Source: Candidatus Saganbacteria bacterium (GTDB lineage Bacteria > Margulisbacteria > WOR-1 > XYC2-FULL-46-14 > XYC2-FULL-37-10). From it: a stretch of 64,000 nt of DNA. A program made the position numbers and the translations under genes. Positions 1 to 9,419 of the stretch are shown one piece after another (position 1 is the first letter of the stretch; every line of letters begins with the position of its first letter). A model generated the notes under the pieces. It was not told the DNA's origin. It saw nothing but the letters and a program-made list of their open reading frames with translations, and made no database searches. The stretch covers positions 21,417-85,416 of the forward strand of contig JACRPL010000006.1 of the NCBI GenBank assembly GCA_016223245.1. Reading direction: 5' to 3'.

Positions 1-1382
1 TCCATGGCTTTATATCCATCATCGATCCTATCCTGGTATTTAGAGTCGATATTGGCGATTATCCTATTTTCGACAGCCTCCATTTGCGATTCTTTAGATT
101 TATCTTTTGCTTTATCCAGCGCTTTATTGTCGATTATCCGTGTATTGGACGGGTCTTGCACGTCGTCCTGTATGTCGGCTATTTTTGACGCGCCCCATTT
201 TGAAAGAGCTGCCGCGGCAGAAATTGCCGCAACCGTCAATACTGCGCCAATGCCTGTCCACGAAAAAATTGCTCCGACAATAGCAACTACAAGCGCCGCG
301 ACCTGCAAGAAGCTCCCCATAAAATGGAGGAATTGGTAGCCCGCAGAATTCAATTTGTCGATCTGCTTTTGCATATATCTAGACTGGTTTGTAAGTTTTG
401 CAATGGCGATCAAATTTGTCGATTGGGTATTGAATACCGACATTGTGCGTCCCGCTTCTTTTTCGAACAATTGCTGGTATGCTTTTGCTTTTGAATCCGA
501 GCCTTTGACCTCGTTTGAGGCTTCAAAGATCAGGTTTCCCGCATCAGCTTTGACTTCGCGGGAGGCTAAGATATGCCTTTGGACATTCAAAATATTGGTT
601 AATTTTTTCTTTAATTCGTCGATCGATTTTCTAAGCGATGGGACGTCGATATAGTCGCCGCTGCCGTCGTTTTGGTAAAGGCCCGTATTCAATCCGTTAA
701 AAGCATCCGTTGCCCGGGTGGAAAAATCGCCATTAAGCCCCGCAAGCCCTTTTTGGTTCACGGCCTTGTTCAATTGGGAATAGCTTTCCTGCATTGCCGC
801 GTTGAATTCATCGGTTATTTTTTTCTTTTCTTCCGCTCTCCAATCTTCATCGTCACAGAACGGCAAACTATCATGCCATTCCGAGGCTTCCTCGTCGATC
901 TCCGCATTACGATTATTTAATACTGCCTGGTTGTATGTTTGTATCTTGGACATAATGCTTGAGACGCCCTGGTTATACATCTCATCCCTTAAGCTGATGC
1001 TCTTTAATGCCGTTTCAATCTGCGAAGGCTTCTTTGATTTTTTAGCGTCGCTTATCTGCGCTTTTTGGAAATTAATTTCGAAAAGCATTTCGTTCAATTC
1101 TCTTCTTGTTTCATTGTAAACCGCGAGATTGAGCGATAAATAGTCTCTTGTGTTGTTTAAGTCGTAAAGCGCTCCAAGGTTTTTACCGTCGGCTACTTGG
1201 AAGCTTCCTTTTGAGTTTGTAAAATCGCCGCCTGCAGCATAGATAGCGGACTTTTTAGCGTCATAATATTCTTCAAAGTTTTGGATATAGCCAGAATCGT
1301 CCATGCGGCCGCTTTCACTGTTTTGGAAGTAGTCGTCAACTTTGACCGTATTTTGATTGGATATAGGCGCGCTTGTATTCAT
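1..1382 (-). CDS. Large coiled-coil protein with hydrophobic hairpin (translocator/pore-forming-like), truncated by the left window edge
   Basis: Absent from the ORF track because it has no stop in the window. Manual translation from ATG at 1382 (MNTSAPISNQNTVKVDD...) stays open for ~460 codons to the edge and contains FLHFMGSFLQVAALVVAIVGAIFSWTGIGAVLTVAAISAAAALSKWG at ~195-335. Confidence 0.85.
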   Translation of the reverse strand, partial: MNTSAPISNQNTVKVDDYFQNSESGRMDDSGYIQNFEEYYDAKKSAIYAAGGDFTNSKGSFQVADGKNLGALYDLNNTRDYLSLNLAVYNETRRELNEMLFEINFQKAQISDAKKSKKPSQIETALKSISLRDEMYNQGVSSIMSKIQTYNQAVLNNRNAEIDEEASEWHDSLPFCDDEDWRAEEKKKITDEFNAAMQESYSQLNKAVNQKGLAGLNGDFSTRATDAFNGLNTGLYQNDGSGDYIDVPSLRKSIDELKKKLTNILNVQRHILASREVKADAGNLIFEASNEVKGSDSKAKAYQQLFEKEAGRTMSVFNTQSTNLIAIAKLTNQSRYMQKQIDKLNSAGYQFLHFMGSFLQVAALVVAIVGAIFSWTGIGAVLTVAAISAAAALSKWGASKIADIQDDVQDPSNTRIIDNKALDKAKDKSKESQMEAVENRIIANIDSKYQDRIDDGYKAM

Positions 1383-1394
1383 TACATATATATA

Positions 1395-1421
1395 ATCGTG
1401 GCAAGATGCGGCAAACTTGCA
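1395..1421 (-). promoter_or_regulatory. TGCAAGTTT-N14-CGAT motif, sigma-28-like promoter copy 1
   Basis: Minus strand reads TGCAAGTTT gccgcatcttgcca CGAT, 12 nt before ATG 1382; same motif and spacing at 2960-2986 and 18751-18777. Confidence 0.7.
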
Positions 1422-1456
1422 TTAAAAACAGGAAGTAATGCGGGCTTGTGGCGAGT

Positions 1457-2485
1457 TTATTTTGTCGGAACAGCTATTTCCGGCAGCTTGGAATCCTTTA
1501 CATTTTTAAGATAAAATGCGTTAATAACCGCTTCATTGATATAGTATTTTTCTTTGGCTTTTGGCCTCAAGAAGTTCCAAAATGAAGAATTAAGATCTTT
1601 TTTGTCGAAACCGCCTTCTTTAATGAAAGCCGAAAAAATGCCTCTTAAAAATCTATCTTTTATTCTGGCATTATTCAGATCGACACCATCAAACTCGATA
1701 TTGTTTCTCAAGCAATACGATTCGTATGCGGCATGATAGATATAAAACAACAATGTCTTTATATGTTTTGGCGGGTCTTCTTTGGTCTTTTGCCATTCTT
1801 CGTATCTTGAAACTTGCTCTTCTCTTGAAGCTGCCGACGTATAATATGCGCGCCATGCCAAATCAAGATATTTATTATATGTTTCCTTGTCGTTTCGTCC
1901 AAGCCCTGTTACGTCAATATTATCCTCGGAACCATGTAATTTATAATATACGATCTCATCTTTCCTCATGATCTGGAGGAACCCTTCTCTGGTCAACTGG
2001 TACCGTGCATATAATACTTGCTGGTAGAAATCTATTCGGTTTTTCAGGTCTATGTAGCTTATAGAAGCTTTCCCATCGCCAAAAAGCTTTAGGAAATTGT
2101 CTTCCTTGAAATTATCGTCAGATAATCCTGTGTCTTCAAGGATCAATGCCTTCAATTGTTTTAGATCGATATTCCCGTCTTTATCTATTAGCTTGTCCAC
2201 CTTGTCAGCGAATTTCTTTGAAAGCCTAAGAGATGATTCTGATTGTTCGCACATGCGGTTGAATTTTGCCCTTAAAAACCCGCCGGGCGTCCTTTTTTCA
2301 TTGTCGTCCGGTATGGCGACTTTAGCTGCGGCTGAAGTTCCGGCTCCTGGCGCAATATCTCCGCGAATAATTGCGGCATCTACAGGCAATGCTCCGGATG
2401 GGACATCAGATTCCCTCCTTGGAGCTTTTCCGATTCGTTCAGGCGGCCTGCGTGTTATTGGCGCCGCTGGCGCGATTTCTGCCAT
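1457..2485 (-). CDS. Hypothetical protein, Pro/Ala-rich disordered N-terminus, possible EF-hand-like motifs
   Basis: 342-aa ORF starting MAEIAPAAP; DKDGNIDLKQL and GDGKASISYIDL segments; start abuts the upstream ORF's stop. Confidence 0.8.
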   Translation of the reverse strand: MAEIAPAAPITRRPPERIGKAPRRESDVPSGALPVDAAIIRGDIAPGAGTSAAAKVAIPDDNEKRTPGGFLRAKFNRMCEQSESSLRLSKKFADKVDKLIDKDGNIDLKQLKALILEDTGLSDDNFKEDNFLKLFGDGKASISYIDLKNRIDFYQQVLYARYQLTREGFLQIMRKDEIVYYKLHGSEDNIDVTGLGRNDKETYNKYLDLAWRAYYTSAASREEQVSRYEEWQKTKEDPPKHIKTLLFYIYHAAYESYCLRNNIEFDGVDLNNARIKDRFLRGIFSAFIKEGGFDKKDLNSSFWNFLRPKAKEKYYINEAVINAFYLKNVKDSKLPEIAVPTK

Positions 2486-2688
2486 TATTTAACCCCCAGG
2501 TAATTTTCAATATTAGAAGATTCAATCCTGAATTGTGCGAGTTTTTTTTGGAAACTTTCACGGATATCCTTCAATTCAGCTTTTGCTTTTTTGCGGTTAA
2601 TATACGCGGAAAACAATTGATAAGCATTTATCAATGTTAACATAGCTATAAATCCAAGTGAAAATGAAATCCAGTTAATATCAAACAT
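2485..2688 (-). CDS. Small single-TM membrane protein with C-terminal coiled coil
   Basis: 67 aa, N-terminal hydrophobic helix, GAGGAG RBS upstream, sits in operon context. Confidence 0.75.
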   Translation of the reverse strand: MFDINWISFSLGFIAMLTLINAYQLFSAYINRKKAKAELKDIRESFQKKLAQFRIESSNIENYLGVK

Positions 2689-2698
2689 AATTCTCCTC

Positions 2699-2935
2699 TT
2701 AGATTACCGTATTTGTTTTCGGCGCAATTGCACCGGGTGTTTGTACAGGCATTGTCGGTACTTCAGCTATATTTTTTTTTGGCAATAATGCTCCTGCTAC
2801 ACCGTTTAGGCTAACTTCCAGCAAACCTCTTGCGCCTGTTAATGCGAGCCTGCCGGATGGGACCCCGCGTGATTTAGCCGAAGCCGCGTCACTAAAACCT
2901 CTCCCCATTCCTCCGTTCGGATCGATCTCTGCCAT
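2699..2935 (-). CDS. Small hypothetical protein (78 aa, MAEIDPNGG...)
   Basis: Internal ATG at 2935 has a GGAGG RBS; the longer ORF-track start (3115) overlaps the PBP gene on the other strand. Confidence 0.7.
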   Translation of the reverse strand: MAEIDPNGGMGRGFSDAASAKSRGVPSGRLALTGARGLLEVSLNGVAGALLPKKNIAEVPTMPVQTPGAIAPKTNTVI

Positions 2936-2959
2936 GATAATTTCGCCTCCACAATGTAT

Positions 2960-2986
2960 ATCGCATCCAATCGCAATAAACTTGCA
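2960..2986 (-). promoter_or_regulatory. TGCAAGTTT-N14-CGAT motif, sigma-28-like promoter copy 2
   Basis: Minus strand reads TGCAAGTTT attgcgattggatg CGATA, upstream of the RBS of the 2935 gene. Confidence 0.7.
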
Positions 2987-3011
2987 TGCAATCATGATAT
3001 AATTATACACA

Positions 3012-5084
3012 ATGAACCAGAAGAAAACGCCTAAAAAAAGACCTCGATCCTTGCTTATTGTCATTTTAATTATTGCAGCCGCGATCGTTGGCATATTTGT
3101 CCAAACAATGCTCACGCTTCCAAAAGTCGAAACGCTTGATTATTATATCCCATCGGAATCGACGACTTTATTTTCGTCAGACAGCAATCCGATGGCCCGC
3201 TTCCACAAAGAGGAAAACAGGCGCGTTGTGCAAATGTCTAGTATAAGCCCGTATATTAAGAAAGCCGTGATCTCAATCGAGGATGAGAGGTTTTATTCCC
3301 ATAACGGGGTCGATTTTCAAGGGATACTAAGGGCGGCGGGAAAAAATTTATTATGCGGCAGGATCGTTGAAGGCGGATCAACAATTACCCAGCAGCTTGC
3401 CCGCAACTTGTTCTTGACCCGGCAAAAAAGCATTGTCAGAAAATTCGCAGAGATCATTATTGCCCTGCAGATCGAGCATCGATTCACAAAACAAGAAATA
3501 CTCGAATATTATTTGAACCAGATTTATTTCGGGCATAACGCTTACGGCATCGAATCGGCATCTGACCTTTATTTTGACAAGCATGCAAAAGACCTGACGC
3601 TTGCCGAAGCTTCAATGCTTGCAGGCATTATTGAAGGGCCGGAGCTTTTTTCCCCTTATAAGAATATGAAGCTTGCAAAAGGGAGGCAAAAACTGGTACT
3701 GGCCAAAATGGTCGACCTGGGGCTTACATCTTTAACCGAAGCCCAAAACGCCTTCCAGGAGATACTTCCTATTTATCCTGAAAATTTAAGGAAATTCGGC
3801 AACATGGCGCCGTATTTTGTAGATTACATCCTCCAATTGTTGACCGAAAAATATGGGGAGGAAATGGTCAATAAAGGCGGTTTAAGGGTTTACACGACGC
3901 TTGACCCTAACATGCAGATTGCGGCTGAAGAGGCTGTTAAGCGTTTTGCAGAGGGCGAAGGGCCAAAATACAATTTCTCGCAGGCATCATTGATAGCGAT
4001 CGATCCCCGCTCCGGCCATATAAAAGCGATGGTCGGCGGGGTGGATTTTGTTAAAAGCCAATTTAATCGTGCTGTCCAGGCTAAGCGCCAGCCAGGCTCT
4101 TCATTTAAGCCGTTCATCTATGCTGCGGCGATCGAAAAAGGGATATCTCCCGGCACAGTGATCGAAGATAAGCCGATAAGTTTTAAAGTTTACCGGAACA
4201 AGTGGAACCCTCGCGGAAGCTGGTCGCCAAAAAACTTCGACAAAAAGTTCCACGGGAACGTTACCCTGCAGACCGCTCTTGAAAAGTCGCTAAACATTCC
4301 AGCCATTCAGTTGCTCCAGGATATCGGTGTTTCGGCCGCGATCTCAATTGCGCAAAGGATGGGAATAACAAGCAGGCTTGAGCCTGCCTTATCCCTTGCT
4401 TTGGGCGCATCGGAAGTTACGTTATACGAAATGACATCTGCTTTCGGTGTTTTTGCGAACAACGGCGTCAGATTTGAGCCTGTTGCCATTACAAAGATCG
4501 TCGACCGTAATGGAAACGTGATATTTCAGCACGAGGCTCGAGGGAAAAGAGTGCTTTCTGATAATGTCGCGGCAGTAATGGATGAGATGATGGAAGGCGT
4601 TATCTTGCGCGGTACGGGCGTTGCAGGGAATATCGGAAGGCCTGCGGCGGCAAAAACAGGGACTTCGCAGGATTTCCGCGATGCATGGTTTGTAGGTTTT
4701 ACTCCCCACCTTGTTTGCGGTGTTTGGGTCGGAAACGACAACAATGCCCATATGAAAGGAGTTGCCGAAGTTGCAGTCTGCCCAAGGCTTTGGAGGGAGT
4801 TTATGTCTAAAGCCATGGGAGTATATCCTGCGGTCGATTTCCAGAAACCTCAAGGGCTTGTGGCCGTAAAAATCTGTTTAAGCTCGGGCCTGCTTCCTAA
4901 TTCATCCTGTCCCAAGGATAAGATCGTTTCTGCCAAGTATTTTGAAAAGGATATTCCGATAGCCGAATGTTATATCCACCCGACGGAGAAAGACGCGGTC
5001 GAAGAGAAAGAAGACGAGCCGGAAGGAAGTTCAGATGAGCAATTAAAAGAAACGGAAGGAATACCTACTGATGGCATCAATTAA
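3012..5084 (+). CDS. mrcA: Class A penicillin-binding protein (PBP1A family)
   Basis: Transglycosylase motifs EDERFYSHNG, GGSTITQQL, RKFAE; transpeptidase motifs SSFK, SLN, KTGT. Confidence 0.93.
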   Translation: MNQKKTPKKRPRSLLIVILIIAAAIVGIFVQTMLTLPKVETLDYYIPSESTTLFSSDSNPMARFHKEENRRVVQMSSISPYIKKAVISIEDERFYSHNGVDFQGILRAAGKNLLCGRIVEGGSTITQQLARNLFLTRQKSIVRKFAEIIIALQIEHRFTKQEILEYYLNQIYFGHNAYGIESASDLYFDKHAKDLTLAEASMLAGIIEGPELFSPYKNMKLAKGRQKLVLAKMVDLGLTSLTEAQNAFQEILPIYPENLRKFGNMAPYFVDYILQLLTEKYGEEMVNKGGLRVYTTLDPNMQIAAEEAVKRFAEGEGPKYNFSQASLIAIDPRSGHIKAMVGGVDFVKSQFNRAVQAKRQPGSSFKPFIYAAAIEKGISPGTVIEDKPISFKVYRNKWNPRGSWSPKNFDKKFHGNVTLQTALEKSLNIPAIQLLQDIGVSAAISIAQRMGITSRLEPALSLALGASEVTLYEMTSAFGVFANNGVRFEPVAITKIVDRNGNVIFQHEARGKRVLSDNVAAVMDEMMEGVILRGTGVAGNIGRPAAAKTGTSQDFRDAWFVGFTPHLVCGVWVGNDNNAHMKGVAEVAVCPRLWREFMSKAMGVYPAVDFQKPQGLVAVKICLSSGLLPNSSCPKDKIVSAKYFEKDIPIAECYIHPTEKDAVEEKEDEPEGSSDEQLKETEGIPTDGIN

Positions 5085-6468
5085 GTTCGGCACCGACGGC
5101 TGGAGGGCGGAGATCGCACGGGATTTTACATTTGAAAACCTTTCAAAAGTAACATATGCATTTATAAGATACCTTGTAAATTCTGGCCTGGCGGATAAAG
5201 GCATTGCCGTCGGGTACGACAACAGGTTCCAATCAGAGGATTTTGCAAGGAAATCAGCGGAGATCTGTTCAAATGCAGGGATCAAAACATTCTTATCGGA
5301 AATATCGCTTCCTTCCCCCGCTCTTTCATATTATGTATATTCGCAAAAACTTTCCGCCGGTATAATGATAACCGCAAGCCACAATCCAAGCGCCTGGAAC
5401 GGTTTTAAGATAAAAGAATCTTTTGGCGGATCTGCAAGGCCGGAAGTGACGCAAGCGATTGAAGCCGAACTTCAATCTTTAAACCTCCAACTTCCAACGT
5501 CCAACATCAAAAGAGAAATTGAGACTTTCGATCCCAAACCCGATTATTTAAAGCACATAGCTTCATTTGTTGATCTCAATAAGATAAAGAGCGCGGGGAT
5601 CACTATGGTCCTTGACCCGATGAACGGCAGCGGATCTTCTTTCTTAAAAGAGCTTTTGCCTGATTTAGTCGAAATAAATAATAATCGCGATCCTCTTTTC
5701 CATGGGGTTGCTCCCGAACCGCTGCCTGTTAATCTCTCCGAATTAAGTTCGATAGTAAAAGACGGAGAAAATAAGAATAAATTAACTGTTGGCATTGCGA
5801 TAGACGGCGATGCCGATAGGATCGCGGCGTACGATCCCGATGGGACTTATATTTCGTCCCATTATGTCTTTTCTTTGATCTTGAAGCATTTGGTCGAGAA
5901 TAAAAAACTAAAGGGAAAGATCGTCAAGACCTTTAATATTTCAAGGCTTGTCGAATTCCAGGCGAAAGAATATGGGCTTGAGATAATAGAGACCCCGATC
6001 GGATTCAAATACATCGCTGACCAATTCTTGAGAGGAGGTGTATTGATCGGCGGCGAGGAAAGCGGAGGCCTTGGCATAATCGGCAATATTCCCGAAAGAG
6101 ACGGATCTCTTAACGCTTTGCTTCTGCTCGAGCTTGTGGCCATAACAAAGAAGACCTTATCGCAAAATCTAAACGAGATCATGAAGAAACATGGTTTCTT
6201 CTATTATGATAGGATCGATCTCCATTTAAGCCGCGAGATATTCGGTCCAATAATGAAAGAATTGGTTGAACTCAAGGAATTTGGAGGACTTTCTGTTTCA
6301 AAAGTTGAGACGTTGGACGGCGTAAAACTCAATTTTGCAGATGAATCGTGGATATTGTTCCGGGCATCAGGGACTGAACCATTGCTTAGGATCTACGCCG
6401 AAGGCAAAACGATGGACAACGTAAAATTGTTGTTATCATACGGTCAGAAGCTATTTACTCGGTCTTGA
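5071..6468 (+). CDS. Phosphoglucomutase/phosphomannomutase family protein
   Basis: FGTDGWR, TASHNP, DGDADR, GGEESGG and RASGTEP motifs. Confidence 0.95.
   Translation: MASIKFGTDGWRAEIARDFTFENLSKVTYAFIRYLVNSGLADKGIAVGYDNRFQSEDFARKSAEICSNAGIKTFLSEISLPSPALSYYVYSQKLSAGIMITASHNPSAWNGFKIKESFGGSARPEVTQAIEAELQSLNLQLPTSNIKREIETFDPKPDYLKHIASFVDLNKIKSAGITMVLDPMNGSGSSFLKELLPDLVEINNNRDPLFHGVAPEPLPVNLSELSSIVKDGENKNKLTVGIAIDGDADRIAAYDPDGTYISSHYVFSLILKHLVENKKLKGKIVKTFNISRLVEFQAKEYGLEIIETPIGFKYIADQFLRGGVLIGGEESGGLGIIGNIPERDGSLNALLLLELVAITKKTLSQNLNEIMKKHGFFYYDRIDLHLSREIFGPIMKELVELKEFGGLSVSKVETLDGVKLNFADESWILFRASGTEPLLRIYAEGKTMDNVKLLLSYGQKLFTRS
5468..5509 (+). repeat. Degenerate 7-mer tandem array (AACTTCC-like x6) inside the phosphohexomutase gene
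   Basis: aacttca atcttta aacctcc aacttcc aacgtcc aacatca; 42 bp, frame-neutral. Confidence 0.6.
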
Positions 6469-7843
6469 TCTTGCTCGACTTTTCCTGAAGGCCCCTCTCA
6501 AAAGCCTCTTTCTTTTCGATCCTGATTATTTCTTCCATTTCCTTTGCCGCAAGGCCGCCCATGCCCATGCTTTTATAAGTCTTCTGGAGCTCCTTATGCA
6601 GGTTCTTGTTGTCGCCCGCAATAAGCGAAGCCTTCCTGAACTGTTCTGCCGCGAGGTTTTTTTCGTTGTTTTTTACAAGAGCTTGGCCAAGGACAATATA
6701 CATGTTCGGGTCGGCCGCCGCTATGCTTGCGGCATTTTTGTATTCTGATATCGCCGACTTGATATCCCCTGAATCCTCCAAGAGCAGGCCTAGGAACAAG
6801 TGCGGGTATGCATTTTGGGGGTTTTGGGCGATCGATCTTTTGTATTCCGCGATTGCTTCTGAAACCTTGCCCTTAAACCGAAGGTCAAGCGCGCGCATAT
6901 TCGAATCTAATATCTCAACTTTTGCCTTTTGCTTCAATTTATAAAACCAATCTTGGAAGGCTCTCTCCTGTTTTTCTTGGCGGACAGCCGCCTCGACATC
7001 GGATTTCCCCTTTATTACCCTAACGCGCGCATCGCTAACTTTAATTATGTGGTAGCCGAAATCCGTTTTGACAGGCCCGCCAACATCGCCGATCTTTAAC
7101 GAATAGGCAAGATCTTCAAAAGGCTTGACCATTGATCCAGTCGAAAAAAATCCCAGGTCCCCTCCCCTGTCTTTTGAGCCTGGGTCTTCAGAGTATTTTT
7201 TGGCAAGAGCAGCGAAATTTTCGCCTTTTTCCGCGCGTGCTTTTATTTCCTCTGCCAATTTCCGTGATTTTTCTTCTGAATTCTGGATGTTAGGCTTGAT
7301 AGTAATCAAAATGTGGCTAGCCTTTATCTCTTTCAAATCGTTTGGGGAAAATGGCGCCTGGTTTCTTATTTCTTGGACCATCTTCTGCACTGCTATTTCA
7401 TCCCTTATCATTTTCCTGAACTTGGAAAAAGACACATTAGACCTTTCCATTGCATTTTTAAGTTCACCGATTGAATTGAATTTTTGCTGTTTTGCTATTT
7501 GGTCGAGAGTTGCATTTAGCTCATCATTTGATATCCTTTGCCGTTTCCTTGCCTCGTCAAGTATTATTGAAAAATCGATCGTTTGCGATAACGCGAGATT
7601 TTGGACAAAAAGGAGGTCGGATGGCTTAAGAGCTTCCGGAAAATTCTGCCTGATCCTTGAAAAGATATCATTGAACCTCATAGGATCGACTTCCTTGCCG
7701 TTGATCTTTATGAACCCGGCATTTTTCCCGCTAGAGATCTGCTTAATACCCGCGTAGCCCAAGCCGTAAAACATCGATCCCACAAATACTACCGCAACAA
7801 TGATCATTATTATTTTTGTTTTTTTCCTTAAAAATGTCAGCAT
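6455..7843 (-). CDS. SurA/PrsA-like parvulin PPIase with C-terminal TPR domain
   Basis: N-terminal TM, SurA N-domain, ASHILI, FAALAKKYSEDPGSKDRGGDLG, FGYHII, then TPR-like helices. Confidence 0.88.
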   Translation of the reverse strand: MLTFLRKKTKIIMIIVAVVFVGSMFYGLGYAGIKQISSGKNAGFIKINGKEVDPMRFNDIFSRIRQNFPEALKPSDLLFVQNLALSQTIDFSIILDEARKRQRISNDELNATLDQIAKQQKFNSIGELKNAMERSNVSFSKFRKMIRDEIAVQKMVQEIRNQAPFSPNDLKEIKASHILITIKPNIQNSEEKSRKLAEEIKARAEKGENFAALAKKYSEDPGSKDRGGDLGFFSTGSMVKPFEDLAYSLKIGDVGGPVKTDFGYHIIKVSDARVRVIKGKSDVEAAVRQEKQERAFQDWFYKLKQKAKVEILDSNMRALDLRFKGKVSEAIAEYKRSIAQNPQNAYPHLFLGLLLEDSGDIKSAISEYKNAASIAAADPNMYIVLGQALVKNNEKNLAAEQFRKASLIAGDNKNLHKELQKTYKSMGMGGLAAKEMEEIIRIEKKEAFERGLQEKSSKIKTE

Positions 7844-7845
7844 TT

Positions 7846-8739
7846 CTACTCCTTATCTTTTATAAGCCTTGAAACGGAAATATACCCTCCAAGCATCCCG
7901 AGAATAAGTCCGCTTGCAAATACCCCGATATAAATTGATACCAGGACTCCTCCGCTGTAAATAAGCGGCAGGAACGGGAGCGCCGCCTGTATGCGGTAAG
8001 CTATTGTTTCATAAAGCGATTTTAGGACAAATACGCCTATTCCTCCTCCCAAGATGCCGATAATTATTCCCTCGATCACGAACGGCCACCTTACAAAAGA
8101 TTCTGTTGCGCCGACAAGCTTCATGATATAAATGTCTGTCGCCCGGGCAAGGACGGTCAGCCTTATGGTATTAACTACGATTAGAAGCGTTGCGGCGAAC
8201 AATAATACCATAAGCCCGGCGCCCCCGATCCTGACGGCTTCAATCAGGGTCTGTATTTGCTTTATCAGTTTCCCGCTGTACCTTACTTCCTCGATCTCGG
8301 AATATTTCGCAACTTCTTCGGCCACATGAGGCAGAAGATCCGGGGTCCTGACTTTTATAGCGTATGTATTAGGAAGCGGATTGTCGCGCACAAGTTCGTC
8401 AAGGTTCAGCCTTCCGCCGAAATCTTCCTTGAAATTTTTCCAGGCTTCTTCTTTAGAGATATATCTCACTTCTTCGATGCCGGATATTTTTGAAATTGAA
8501 AGCTGGAGGGATGCCGCGTTGTCGCTGCTCAAATTCTTATTGACATAGGCTACCATGTCAAGCCTTGCTCCGACATTTGAAACAATATGCCCAAGGTTAG
8601 CGATAAAGATGAGGAAAAGCCCGAAGATGAAAAGCGATACGGTCACGATGCCTATCGCAACAATGCTCATTAAGCCGGAGCGCTTGATCCCGCGGAAAGC
8701 TTCGACAAAAAAGAATTCCAGATTGTTTAAGAATTTCAT
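7846..8739 (-). CDS. ftsX: Cell division permease FtsX
   Basis: NPLP, NTIRLTV, IMKLVGAT..FVRWPF; adjacent to ftsE. Confidence 0.95.
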   Translation of the reverse strand: MKFLNNLEFFFVEAFRGIKRSGLMSIVAIGIVTVSLFIFGLFLIFIANLGHIVSNVGARLDMVAYVNKNLSSDNAASLQLSISKISGIEEVRYISKEEAWKNFKEDFGGRLNLDELVRDNPLPNTYAIKVRTPDLLPHVAEEVAKYSEIEEVRYSGKLIKQIQTLIEAVRIGGAGLMVLLFAATLLIVVNTIRLTVLARATDIYIMKLVGATESFVRWPFVIEGIIIGILGGGIGVFVLKSLYETIAYRIQAALPFLPLIYSGGVLVSIYIGVFASGLILGMLGGYISVSRLIKDKE

Positions 8740-9419
8740 GGCTGGTTGTAAACTCCTAATTGCTGGTCGCGGATGACCCTTCCGTTGTCTAGCGCTACGA
8801 CCCTCCGCTTCATGCTGTCGACGATGTTTTTGTTATGGGTCGAGACAAGGACTGTTGTATCGCGCCTGTTGATCTTGTCTAATAGCTCCATGATCTCCCA
8901 AGAAGTCGTAGGGTCAAGATTTCCTGTCGGTTCGTCAGCCAAAAGCAGCGTCGGATTGTTGACTATTGCGCGGGCTATGCAGACCCTTTGTTTCTCTCCG
9001 CCGGAGAGGTGTTCGGGGAACGACGAAGACCTTTTGAACATTTGGACAAGTTCGAGCGCCTGCATTGTGCGGCGCCTTATCTGCGACCTTGGCACGGAAG
9101 TTACCTGCAGTGCAAATGCCACATTCTCGTAAACGGTCCTTCTCTGGAGCAATTTAAAATCCTGGAAAACAACCCCGATATTCCTTCGCAAATAAGGCAC
9201 CTGTTCCGGGGTCAAGTCCGAAACATTGATCCTGTCGACGATAACTTTTCCCGAAGTCGGCCATTCTTCGCGGTAAAGCATTTTCATGAGAGTTGTTTTG
9301 CCTGCCCCTGACGACCCCACAATAAAAACGAATTCTTCCTTGCCGATGTGGAGATTGACGTCGAATAGCGCTTCAACGCCGTTTGGATATATTTTTGATA
9401 CGTTCTTAAGTTCGATCAT
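8736..9419 (-). CDS. ftsE: Cell division ATP-binding protein FtsE
   Basis: [34 protein letters not shown]. Confidence 0.96.
   Translation of the reverse strand: MIELKNVSKIYPNGVEALFDVNLHIGKEEFVFIVGSSGAGKTTLMKMLYREEWPTSGKVIVDRINVSDLTPEQVPYLRRNIGVVFQDFKLLQRRTVYENVAFALQVTSVPRSQIRRRTMQALELVQMFKRSSSFPEHLSGGEKQRVCIARAIVNNPTLLLADEPTGNLDPTTSWEIMELLDKINRRDTTVLVSTHNKNIVDSMKRRVVALDNGRVIRDQQLGVYNQP

Noticed and set aside
4-1514. Short plus-strand ORFs in the track (4-339, 355-654, 672-920, 802-1119, 1281-1514)
   Set aside because: They are antisense shadows of the long minus-strand ORF 1-1382.
2936-3115. N-terminal 60 codons of track ORF 2699-3115
   Set aside because: Overlaps the PBP1A start and promoter region; a clear RBS supports ATG 2935.
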